A stretch of 46,324 nucleotides of DNA from a virus. The notes beneath the pieces were generated by a model. The model worked only from the letters and a program-made list of their open reading frames with translations, ran no database searches and was not told the origin of the DNA. Numbering within the stretch: the stretch's first letter is position 1; each line of letters starts with the position of its first letter. The translations under genes and the position numbers were made by a program. The DNA lies in IMG/VR virus record IMGVR_UViG_3300005844_000013; one strand, 5' to 3'. This document shows, in pieces, positions 39,102-46,324 of this stretch.

Positions 39102-41175
39102 TCACTCCTCCTTGCGCTGCTGCGGCTGCTGCCGCCTCGGCCTGCTGCGCCGCTTCGTCGATCAACGACTGCCGCCATCCGGCAATCATCTTCTCGTCGA
39201 TCGCGTAATGCTGCGTGTCGAGTTTGAAGCTGCGAATCCGTTCCGCGTAGAGCCGATTGCGACGAAGCAAAAGGAACTGCGCGGCATCGCGTTTGGCCTG
39301 TGGCACCTGCCCATCAAGGATCGTCTGAAGCAGGCCCATGTCCGCTTCGTTCTGCGCGTCGGTGTCCTGGGCGAGCAGTCCAGCCTTCTCGAAACGCGCC
39401 TGGGCGGAGTCGTCGTCCCCGGTCGCCGTCACCCGGCAGGAGAAGTGATTCGCGATCACCTCGCGAGGGAAGCCGATGATCTTCGAGACGATCTTCTTTT
39501 TCTCCGGATCGTTGTACGGGATCACGGCGTACTGCGAGAACTGCGCGATGGTTTGGAGGTACAGCATGATCGCCTTCGCAATCGAGCGCCGTTCGGAGCG
39601 GAGGAGTTGAATTGACTGTTGCTTGACCGACTGCTGCGTGAGGGCGACCGTCGCTCCCGGCGTGCGGTTCGGAATGTCCGTCTCGTCCTGACGGAGGAGG
39701 CTCTCGCCCATCGCCGTGAGCATCCCGATTTCCGGCGCGAGCGTTTCGACCGGCGCGCCAAGTTGCTGAAGGCTGATGTCGCTGGGTTCGTCGAAGGAGA
39801 GCGCGTCGCCAGGGCGAACTTGAAAGTTCTTCGCCTTCAGTTGCCGCCACGTCGGTGAGTTTTCTTTGATGAGGAACACCTTCAGCGTGTTCTGGACCTT
39901 GTTCTTCACCTGGAGATCCATGAAGCTCGACAGGAGGGCCTGGATCGGCGCCACGTCTCCGGACGCCGACATTCCACTGAACCGATGCGGGCGCTTGTGG
40001 CGGAAGAACGGCACGATGAGGCGCTGTCCGCTCCACGACCAATTCGCCGTCATGCTCAGGAAGGTGCGCGATTTCACGTGCAGGTCGCCGAGGCAAGATC
40101 GGATCTCGATGGCCTTCGTTCCGTCTTGCTGCGTGATGAGGAACGGGTGAAAGAAGGAGAGGGTCCGTACGTCGTGCTCGGCGAGCGGCTTTTCGGCCAC
40201 GAGCGAATCGATCCTGTCGGCGCGCGCTTCTATTGGGTCGTTTTCGCGCAGGTTCTCGCCGAAGTTCATGACTTTGTCGATGAGCGACTGATCCGGCCCT
40301 TTCTTGCCCCACTTGCGCGCGAAGTCGTAACGGCCTTCCTTGATTCCTTCCCACAACTTCTGATTGGTCAGCGGGTTCTTCTCGGCGATCCACCACGCCG
40401 TTTGTTCGTCCTCGATCGGGAGCGAGGTCGTGACGTTGTAGCCGGAGACGTGCCGGATGCGCACGAGGTTGCGCGGAACGACGGTTGTATCTTCCACACC
40501 GAAAATCTGCACGTCACCTTTTGCCGTTCGGATGAACTTGCGGGTTTTTGCGTGCAACACGCGTGGGTCGTAGTCGATGCGCCAATAGGTCGGATTCTCA
40601 CCGACCATGATTGCGTGCGTGGTGTCCTCAACGAGCTGCTCGAAATCCTCGCACTCGGTCAGGTAGTACTGGATGAGGTCCTGAAAGTTCGCGGCGATCT
40701 CTTCGCTCGACAACTCCTCGGTCTCGTAGATCGGCTGTGGCCCGGCTTCCTCGTACCCGACTACCGGCGTGTTCGTCGACGGGCTATCCATCACGCCAAC
40801 GGGAACCTCGTACGATCCGCCGTCGAGCGGGCGGAATGTCATGTACGGATCTTTGCCGAGGATCTGATTGGAGACCCACGCGATTTGCTGATTGATGATG
40901 CCCTTCCCGAGCGGGACGGTCAGAACTTCGTTGGCGCCCGGTTCGTCCGCCTCGTACGCATCCTCTGCGGCGCGCATGCGGCGGAACCGCTCTTCGTAAT
41001 TCTTGTCGCCCTGCTCGACCTGATCGGCGTACGTGCTACCCATCTTCGCGAGGATGTCTTTGGCTGGGTAGATGCGGTCGTAGCCGTACCGCTCGTCAGT
41101 CTCGATCTTCGCCGAATCCGTCTCCCTGCGGAGGAGAGGACTGATCGGGTCGTTAGCGTTGGCGTCGGGTTCCAC
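38941..41175 (-). CDS. Portal protein
   Basis: About 744 aa. Lies between the terminase and scaffold genes. The start is set at GTG 41175 (GAAAGG upstream). The track start TTG 41253 and ATG 41043 are alternatives. Confidence 0.65.
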   Translation of the reverse strand: MEPDANANDPISPLLRRETDSAKIETDERYGYDRIYPAKDILAKMGSTYADQVEQGDKNYEERFRRMRAAEDAYEADEPGANEVLTVPLGKGIINQQIAWVSNQILGKDPYMTFRPLDGGSYEVPVGVMDSPSTNTPVVGYEEAGPQPIYETEELSSEEIAANFQDLIQYYLTECEDFEQLVEDTTHAIMVGENPTYWRIDYDPRVLHAKTRKFIRTAKGDVQIFGVEDTTVVPRNLVRIRHVSGYNVTTSLPIEDEQTAWWIAEKNPLTNQKLWEGIKEGRYDFARKWGKKGPDQSLIDKVMNFGENLRENDPIEARADRIDSLVAEKPLAEHDVRTLSFFHPFLITQQDGTKAIEIRSCLGDLHVKSRTFLSMTANWSWSGQRLIVPFFRHKRPHRFSGMSASGDVAPIQALLSSFMDLQVKNKVQNTLKVFLIKENSPTWRQLKAKNFQVRPGDALSFDEPSDISLQQLGAPVETLAPEIGMLTAMGESLLRQDETDIPNRTPGATVALTQQSVKQQSIQLLRSERRSIAKAIMLYLQTIAQFSQYAVIPYNDPEKKKIVSKIIGFPREVIANHFSCRVTATGDDDSAQARFEKAGLLAQDTDAQNEADMGLLQTILDGQVPQAKRDAAQFLLLRRNRLYAERIRSFKLDTQHYAIDEKMIAGWRQSLIDEAAQQAEAAAAAAAQGGVNAPQLPTAEGGGSVPQLQAGQESSGSSGGQPVLPGVPVATPPEAVRPPGALGP

Positions 41176-41653
41176 GCTTGCCTTTCGTGTGCATCGGTCG
41201 CTGATTCGGCGCGGGAATGATGCCTCGTTCGCGCTTGCTCGGCGGGAGAGCAATCTGAGTGGTGATCTCCGTCATGAGGTGTTGAATCGCGTACGCGTAC
41301 GCCTCGCAACTGTTCTCCGAATGCCGCACTCCAATTTTGTAGAGCATGGAGTCGACGGCATGAAAGACTTCATGCGCGAGCTGCCCCCAATGCTTCGGCG
41401 TGTCGGTGAAGTTGCGCAGGCGCAGCACGGTTCCGCCGCCGCGAAGCATTACGCAACGACCCTCAACCGTCGTCTCTCCTTCCACGCTTAACTCGCGGGC
41501 CTCTTCCTCGGTTGGGTCAATTCCGCGCTCTGCCAACGCCGCAACTACCTCGGAATCGGAAGCGCCAATCGCCACCATCACATCGAACGGATATCCGCCG
41601 TGCGCGACTACAAAGATGGACGTTGGGGCCACAATCTCCCGCTTCTTTTTCAT
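41153..41653 (-). CDS. Small HExxH zinc-metallopeptidase-like protein
   Basis: 166 aa. LAHEVFHAVDSMLYKIGVRHSENSCEAYAYAIQHL contains HExxH plus a downstream Glu. Confidence 0.55.
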   Translation of the reverse strand: MKKKREIVAPTSIFVVAHGGYPFDVMVAIGASDSEVVAALAERGIDPTEEEARELSVEGETTVEGRCVMLRGGGTVLRLRNFTDTPKHWGQLAHEVFHAVDSMLYKIGVRHSENSCEAYAYAIQHLMTEITTQIALPPSKRERGIIPAPNQRPMHTKGKRGTRRQR

Positions 41654-41747
41654 GAGCGCACCCGTCGTCCCTCTCGGTAGTGGTCTTCGCGGCTACCGGG
41701 CGAGGGAAGCGCGCGCGAATCTACCGAGTAGGGGCGGCGGCTAACGT

Positions 41748-41996
41748 TCATGCGGACTTCCGATTCCTAGAAACGATCATCTCGGCCTCTCTGGTTTGGA
41801 GAGAGAATTCCATCGCCTCGATCGTGCGACGGTTTTCTTCGGTGTCGACGTCCGCCCCGATCACCCCCAAACGATGATCTGTAACCGAAAGGTACGGATT
41901 GAGGATGAGATCCCAATCAGCCGCACGCGGGAACTCGGCCGCAACGTCTGCCATCAGCCATTGCCATCTGCGCCCATAGATGAGTTTCGTTTTCAT
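41748..41996 (-). CDS. Hypothetical protein (82 aa from MKTKLIYGRRWQW...)
   Basis: Track ORF trimmed to ATG 41996, which overlaps the terL stop (ATGA). Confidence 0.55.
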   Translation of the reverse strand: MKTKLIYGRRWQWLMADVAAEFPRAADWDLILNPYLSVTDHRLGVIGADVDTEENRRTIEAMEFSLQTREAEMIVSRNRKSA

Positions 41997-43843
41997 GCCG
42001 CGCGACCCCTCGGTAAGCAATCCATCCAATTCGAGTTGTCGATGCCGGTCAGCCGATTCACGTTTCGCGATGATAGTGCTTTTTCAAGCAAAGTGCTCGA
42101 CGCGTCGGCCTCGATCTGTTCCGGCGACGGCGGACGCTTGCAAAGTGAACACGCCATCCATGTGCCATCGAGCCGGTTATCGACCGCGTTCTTTCGTAGC
42201 GTTCCGTCGGGCTTGCGCGGCTGGTATCTCGACGCCTCGTGAATCCAATTGATGAGGCGCGGATTCACGTAGAAGTCGCCTGTCAGCATGCGGCCAGCGA
42301 TCCATCGGCGAATGTGCGCGTCCTTCGCTTCCTGCCCCGACGTGATCGGCTCGATGCGGCGGGCGAGCGACTGAAACTCCGGTGTGCGCGTCATCCATTC
42401 AACGGTCATACCTTGTGTGGCGTTGGTGTCGACGCCAACATGTTTCGGCGACTCGCATTTCTTGTCGAATGGATTGGCCGCGTCGAGCATCCGATCGTAT
42501 CCGCGCCCCACCATTTCATCGAGCAGGATTTCGACGCCCTCGTGATCCATGACGACGTATTCAAATGCCCATTCGTCGCCGGTCTGCGAAACGCTCTGGT
42601 CGGCGGCCCATGCGCGCGCCGTACGGGGCAGGGTCTTCACGTCGAGCAGCCGCCAGTCGTCCGCGTTGAATTCCGGACGCGACCGATCGCGGCACGTCTT
42701 CTCCTTTCCCTTCTTCGGGAGCATGAGCACTTCGCGCTGCAACTCCTCGCTAAAAATCCAGTGGATGCCCTTCGCCGCGTCGAGCATGGCCTTCGTGAAG
42801 ACGAACGATCCGCCATCCTTATGCGGCACCATGTAGAAGTTGTGCAGCAACTCGGCGATGGAATGTTTGTCCTCGTTCGCCCGCGCCTTCCGCTTCAACT
42901 CGTTGACGGCCTCGCGTGTGAACCATCCATCCTCTGGCATGGTCAGCGTGCCGTCGGAAAAAATGTTCTCGATGGTCGTGCCGCCCTCGTGTTCCTCGAT
43001 CGGCATGACGATGTGCAGGACGCCGGGATCGGCCATCAACACGGAGTGATCGTCGAGCTCCCCGCTGACCGTGCCGATGTACACCTCTCGGCTTCCGCCG
43101 AACACTTCGCGAATCTGGAGCGCGTCAATGCCGGCGATGAAGCGAAGGGCGTCCTCGATCGAAGCCTCGCCGTACTCCGTGCCCGCGATGTCATCGAGCC
43201 GGATCTTTCCGTAGTGATTGCCGCGCCACTGCGAGGTGATGCCGCGGCCCTCGATCGTCGCTTCCGCCGCCTTCTCGGTTCGGCCAGCGAGGAGGAGCGC
43301 CTTCATGGTCACATCGCTCTTCGGGCTGAGCGGAACGCGCTCCGGGTACCAGAACGCGTACTCCGGACTCATGACGATCTCGCCGATGGTGATAACGCGC
43401 TTCTCCGCGTACGGGTCGGACTTCGAGCCGATGCCAACGCGCAGATTCGGGTTGACCGTCGTTTCCCACAGGTCCGCGCAATCGGCGTCGACGGACTTGC
43501 CCATCCCGCGCGGACCGCACATGTAGACGCGCTTCAGCCGCGCCTTGATCCTCGGAAGGTCTGCGCGGCTGCGCCAGTCGATCGGCGGGCTTTGCCGCAA
43601 AAAGTCCTCTCGAACCTGACGCGCGATGATACCCTCGAAGCGCGGATCGTCGAGCGTTGCAGCGAGGAGGGCGGCCTGGCCGGTGTAGACGTAGAGCAGC
43701 GGCCGGTGAATGCGCTCGACGGCTAGGTCCGCCTGCCTGCAGACGTACTTGAAGAAGTACCACGGGTCCGAGTCCATCCGCGCGCGCAAGAGAGCGCGAG
43801 TCTCCGGATCGATCCGGCGCAGTTCGTCAGCTTGGAAGCACAT
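41993..43843 (-). CDS. terL: Terminase large subunit
   Basis: 616 aa. Walker A YMCGPRGMGKS near the N-terminus and acidic nuclease-type motifs in the C-terminal half. Lies between terS and the portal gene. Confidence 0.85.
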   Translation of the reverse strand: MCFQADELRRIDPETRALLRARMDSDPWYFFKYVCRQADLAVERIHRPLLYVYTGQAALLAATLDDPRFEGIIARQVREDFLRQSPPIDWRSRADLPRIKARLKRVYMCGPRGMGKSVDADCADLWETTVNPNLRVGIGSKSDPYAEKRVITIGEIVMSPEYAFWYPERVPLSPKSDVTMKALLLAGRTEKAAEATIEGRGITSQWRGNHYGKIRLDDIAGTEYGEASIEDALRFIAGIDALQIREVFGGSREVYIGTVSGELDDHSVLMADPGVLHIVMPIEEHEGGTTIENIFSDGTLTMPEDGWFTREAVNELKRKARANEDKHSIAELLHNFYMVPHKDGGSFVFTKAMLDAAKGIHWIFSEELQREVLMLPKKGKEKTCRDRSRPEFNADDWRLLDVKTLPRTARAWAADQSVSQTGDEWAFEYVVMDHEGVEILLDEMVGRGYDRMLDAANPFDKKCESPKHVGVDTNATQGMTVEWMTRTPEFQSLARRIEPITSGQEAKDAHIRRWIAGRMLTGDFYVNPRLINWIHEASRYQPRKPDGTLRKNAVDNRLDGTWMACSLCKRPPSPEQIEADASSTLLEKALSSRNVNRLTGIDNSNWMDCLPRGRAA

Positions 43844-44468
43844 CGATCACGGTTTCTCCCGGCGGAACGTTCTCTCGCGGCGTCACCGTGATGCTCTCGG
43901 CGATGGGGGCGTATCCGCGGACGATGAATTGCGGCGCCGGCGCCTCCAGCAACTTCGCGGCGCCGAGGAGATCCGCGTCGCGCTCAACGTCCGCCCCGAA
44001 AGCGCGGAGGGTGGACTTCGGGAGCACGTACAACTCGTGCCGGTGCGTGACGGTGCCGCCGTGGAGCGTCTTGACCGTCGATGTTGGCGAGCCGCGGAGC
44101 TGGTGAATGAGCTTCCATGCGTTGTCGGCGGCCGTTTTTACGTCATCGCCTTCCGTCAGCGCGCGCTCGATCGCCCCGATCGCCGCGCCGAGGTACTTTT
44201 CGAGTTCGTCTTCGGCCTTCTCTTTGGCGATGGCCTTGAACTCGCGGCGGTTGACCTTCACGAGCGGCTTGACGGTGTTGATGATCTCCTGGATGACACC
44301 ACCGCGTCCGAGTTCGTTGTAGATCGTGCGGCTCGTGCAGCCCAGCGACTCGGCTACCTCGTCCTTCGTCGCTCCGGCGGCCAGACCGACCGCAATGGCG
44401 ATCTCTCGGAGGGAGTATTTTCGGTCGGTTTCGCCAGGTAAACTTCGCGTCCTCGCCACGATCGGCAA
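43827..44468 (-). CDS. terS: Terminase small subunit (putative) with an N-terminal HTH
   Basis: 213 aa. LREIAIAVGLAAGATKDEVAESLGCTSRTIYN is an HTH. Overlaps terL by 17 nt. The start is TTG 44468 or GTG 44459. Confidence 0.55.
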   Translation of the reverse strand: MPIVARTRSLPGETDRKYSLREIAIAVGLAAGATKDEVAESLGCTSRTIYNELGRGGVIQEIINTVKPLVKVNRREFKAIAKEKAEDELEKYLGAAIGAIERALTEGDDVKTAADNAWKLIHQLRGSPTSTVKTLHGGTVTHRHELYVLPKSTLRAFGADVERDADLLGAAKLLEAPAPQFIVRGYAPIAESITVTPRENVPPGETVIDVLPS

Positions 44469-44497
44469 TCATGCGCGTGTAAGCGTCCGCGCGTCAA
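44468..44497 (-). promoter_or_regulatory. Candidate promoter of the leftward packaging/virion block: TTGACG-18 nt-CATGAT
   Basis: -35 at 44497..44492 and -10 at 44473..44468 on the - strand. The predicted start site is at or next to the terS start codons. Weak -10. Confidence 0.3.
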
Positions 44498-44541
44498 CGG
44501 CTTAGCGAAAGTGCTCCGTTTCGAGCGTGAAATCACTTAAA

Positions 44542-44775
44542 ATGCGCGCTCAACAGATGCCCTCAGGAGTGTACCTTCGTTGCGAATTCCTTCAGTGTAA
44601 GCGCGGAAAATACCGCCGGATGGCCTCGAAACGGCTCAATCCGGACATCCGGCACCTGTATCCCAACGAGTTCTACAACGCTTGCAAAAAGCATTGGGAT
44701 CGGATCAACAACCACGGCGATCCGAGCATCGTGAAGCATCCGTGGAGTCACGATCCGTTCAAAAAGAGGAGATGA
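44542..44775 (+). CDS. Basic Cys/His-containing hypothetical protein in a lower-GC island (possible degenerate HNH/His-Me finger)
   Basis: 77 aa from ATG 44542; GTG 44527 and ATG 44557 are alternatives. CX4C...RHLYPNEFYNACKKH gives a CCCH arrangement. Noticeably AT-richer than the surrounding sequence. Confidence 0.5.
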   Translation: MRAQQMPSGVYLRCEFLQCKRGKYRRMASKRLNPDIRHLYPNEFYNACKKHWDRINNHGDPSIVKHPWSHDPFKKRR

Positions 44776-44781
44776 GCGCAC

Positions 44782-44973
44782 ATGAAACTGACATTCGAGA
44801 TCCAGCCCGCCCGCGAAACCGGTGAGGCGCACGAAACGGGCTACACCGCACACTGCGTCGAAGAGCCAGGGGTGATCACGCAGGGTGAAAGCGTCGAAGA
44901 GACACTGGTCAACCTCGCCGACGCGTACCGCGAATACGTACTCGCCATCGCGCAAAAGGTGGCCCCGGTATGA
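44782..44973 (+). CDS. HicB-like (UPF0150) antitoxin-fold protein without a DNA-binding extension
   Basis: 63 aa with AAGAGGAGA upstream. GYTAHCVEEPGVITQGESVEETLVNLADAYREYV matches the HicB N-terminal domain pattern (GY.A...PG..tQGet.EEa..N..eA). Confidence 0.7.
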   Translation: MKLTFEIQPARETGEAHETGYTAHCVEEPGVITQGESVEETLVNLADAYREYVLAIAQKVAPV

Positions 44974-45470
44974 AGCAAACGCTGATTCCCAACAACGGCC
45001 GCATCGTGGCGCGCAAGGCTTCCACGCGAGAATTCTACGAGTACCGCCCCTCCCCGATCACGTTTGGCGAAGAGGATACCAACCTCGTTTACATCGGCGA
45101 TAACAAGTACGAGAACATCCGCCAGATTTGGGGCATGGTGGTCGGCGTCGGCAAACCCGAAACCACGATGTACGGAACGAGGATCACGACCGACGCCGAG
45201 GAGGGCGATTTCATCGCCATGACGAACATGGGGGTTGAGATTCCTCTGGAGAACGGCAAGGGGCAGATTGAGTTTCTGACCGTCATCACCTTTGATGGCG
45301 TACTCGGTCGATTGGAGGCGGTGTGCGACGCCCCGAACTGCAACTACCGCGACAGGAAAAACGTCCGGCTGGTGATCTGCCCGAAGTGCGGCGCAGGACC
45401 GGCGGTCGAGTTGGTCAAGCCGTCGCTCGTCGAGTCGGCGGCCGTGGCGGCGAGCAAGGTGCGGTCGTGA
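44970..45470 (+). CDS. GroES/Cpn10-like domain protein fused to a C-terminal zinc ribbon
   Basis: 166 aa with an ATGA overlap. LIPNNGRIVARK and GMVVGVG...EGDFIAM...VLGRLE resemble the co-chaperonin beta-barrel pattern. The tail is CDAPNC...CPKCG. The fold call is tentative. Confidence 0.45.
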   Translation: MKQTLIPNNGRIVARKASTREFYEYRPSPITFGEEDTNLVYIGDNKYENIRQIWGMVVGVGKPETTMYGTRITTDAEEGDFIAMTNMGVEIPLENGKGQIEFLTVITFDGVLGRLEAVCDAPNCNYRDRKNVRLVICPKCGAGPAVELVKPSLVESAAVAASKVRS

Positions 45471-45751
45471 GCCTCCGCGAATTCTCTGTAACGATCACCC
45501 CTGAAGCGGTGCGCTCGCTAGCGGAAACGTGGCCTGCGGACTCACCGGTTTTGCAGTCGAGTCGCCAAGCCGCGAGCGCTCTGATCGATTGCGCGATCTT
45601 CGAATGGGGAACGCTCGGCCTCCCAATTCACATCACTGTTTCGGTTCCTGATTCGTTGATCGGATGTCGTTGTGTCGCGGAGTGGCTCAAAACTCACACG
45701 CCGCGCGAGCGCACAATCATTCGTCACGCCGAGGATTGCTCCCTACGGTAG
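45467..45751 (+). CDS. Hypothetical protein (94 aa)
   Basis: GTG 45467 overlaps the upstream stop (GTGA). This is the tail of track ORF 45323..45751. Confidence 0.55.
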   Translation: MSLREFSVTITPEAVRSLAETWPADSPVLQSSRQAASALIDCAIFEWGTLGLPIHITVSVPDSLIGCRCVAEWLKTHTPRERTIIRHAEDCSLR

Positions 45752-45776
45752 ACTTCAGGACGAAAAGGAGAACGAC

Positions 45777-46151
45777 ATGACCACCGACTTCAAGGAACAA
45801 ATGCGCGAGCAGTTGGAAGGAAAGAAGACCGACGGATGGACCCCCGAGGAAGCCCTTCGATGGCTCGAAAAGCAGTGCGGGCGATCGAACGAGGAGTTCC
45901 GCGGGCACGGCATTCCGCTCGTGGAGGAAGTCTTCGGCGGACACTTCGAGGGCGGACAGGCGGGCGCGTGGGTCGCGAACGTGGCGCCGGAAAACGCCGA
46001 CGGAACGCCCGTGAAGCCGATCACCGAGGAAGCGCCCGCGCCAGCCGCCGAGGAAGCACCCGCTGCGGTCCAGTTGGAACCGGACGCCATCACCGAGAAG
46101 CATTCGGAAGAGCCGCCCGCACCGACCGCTGCGAAGAAAAAGGCGAAGTGA
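45777..46151 (+). CDS. Acidic hypothetical protein with an Ala/Pro/Glu-rich tail ending KKKAK
   Basis: 124 aa from ATG 45777, with AAGGAGA upstream. Confidence 0.6.
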   Translation: MTTDFKEQMREQLEGKKTDGWTPEEALRWLEKQCGRSNEEFRGHGIPLVEEVFGGHFEGGQAGAWVANVAPENADGTPVKPITEEAPAPAAEEAPAAVQLEPDAITEKHSEEPPAPTAAKKKAK

Positions 46152-46324
46152 AACAACTCTTCCGCCCCGAAGTGAACACCTACTTCCGCTGCATCATCCC
46201 GCCGCGGGCTGGCGAATCCTTCCTCATCGAAATTGACGATCGCGCGAACGTCGTGATCGCCGCGCACGTGAGTGGATTTCGCCGCCCGCTCGGGCTCACC
46301 GTGAAGGGCGCGCGGGAGATCGCC
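46148..46324 (+). CDS. 5' part of the junction-spanning 69-codon hypothetical gene (continues at nt 101..133 after circularisation)
   Basis: GTG 46148 overlaps the upstream stop (GTGA). The frame is open to the window end. The full product is VKQLFRPEVNTYFRCIIPPRAGESFLIEIDDRANVVIAAHVSGFRRPLGLTVKGAREIAAIAGWREVER. Confidence 0.55.
   Translation, partial: MKQLFRPEVNTYFRCIIPPRAGESFLIEIDDRANVVIAAHVSGFRRPLGLTVKGAREIA
46225..46324. repeat. Terminal direct repeat, right copy (identical to 1..100)
   Basis: Letter-for-letter identical to nt 1-100. Confidence 0.97.

Noticed and set aside
39314-43726. Long alternative-frame ORFs inside the portal and terL genes (39314..40396 -, 39985..41220 +, 42239..43726 +, 43191..43763 -)
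   Set aside because: Arg/Leu/Val-rich shadow frames. terL carries a Walker A motif in the chosen frame.
44563-44955. 130-aa - strand ORF opposite the basic protein and the HicB-like gene
   Set aside because: No SD and poor composition. The + strand genes have an SD and a recognisable HicB pattern.

Overview
All calls were made by eye from the sequence and the ORF track. No database or profile searches were run.

**What the window is.** It looks like one complete, GC-rich tailed-phage genome. The first and last 100 nt are identical, leaving 46,224 bp unique, and a 69-codon gene is intact only across that junction. I saw no rRNA, tRNA, CRISPR array, integrase, transposase or reverse transcriptase.

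**Four transcription blocks.**
1. Leftward, 44468->16620:
   - terS and terL, an HExxH protein, portal, scaffold, a fibre-like protein, a decoration-like protein and the major capsid protein.
   - Small structural genes and adaptor/nozzle-like tail genes in podovirus (T7-type) order.
   - Four or five internal/ejection proteins, then a lysis cassette with an M15 endolysin.
   - An accessory cassette (20108->16620) bracketed by two intrinsic terminators of the same design.
2. Rightward, 9976->16561:
   - a ribbon-helix-helix (RHH) regulator, then a Spo11/Topo-VI-A-like protein.
   - a RecE-type PD-(D/E)XK exonuclease, a Sak4-like ATPase and a RuvC-like resolvase.
   - many zinc-ribbon mini-proteins.
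3. Leftward, 9889->130:
   - eight small genes joined by seven ATGA overlaps.
   - an orphan Dam methylase.
   - a small acidic protein followed by an Arc-like repressor, both missed by the ORF track.
   - a protein carrying 46 consecutive Gly-X dipeptides.
   - a detached tail-fibre cassette.
4. Rightward, 44542->133, across the junction: a lower-GC Cys/His basic protein, a HicB-like protein and a GroES-like protein fused to a zinc ribbon.

**Candidates most worth follow-up.**
- The small-acidic-protein + Arc-like pair, which has acr-aca-like architecture, together with the downstream Gly-Tyr/Ser/Asp repeat protein.
- The Spo11-like protein in a replication/recombination module with no recognisable polymerase, primase or helicase.
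- The terminator-bracketed cassette encoding a secreted PKD-domain protein, an XRE regulator and a lipoprotein.
- An opposite-strand secreted-protein moron inserted between the tail genes.
- Back-to-back near-consensus promoters that would give two leaderless regulator mRNAs.
- The HicB-like gene paired with a non-HicA upstream partner.
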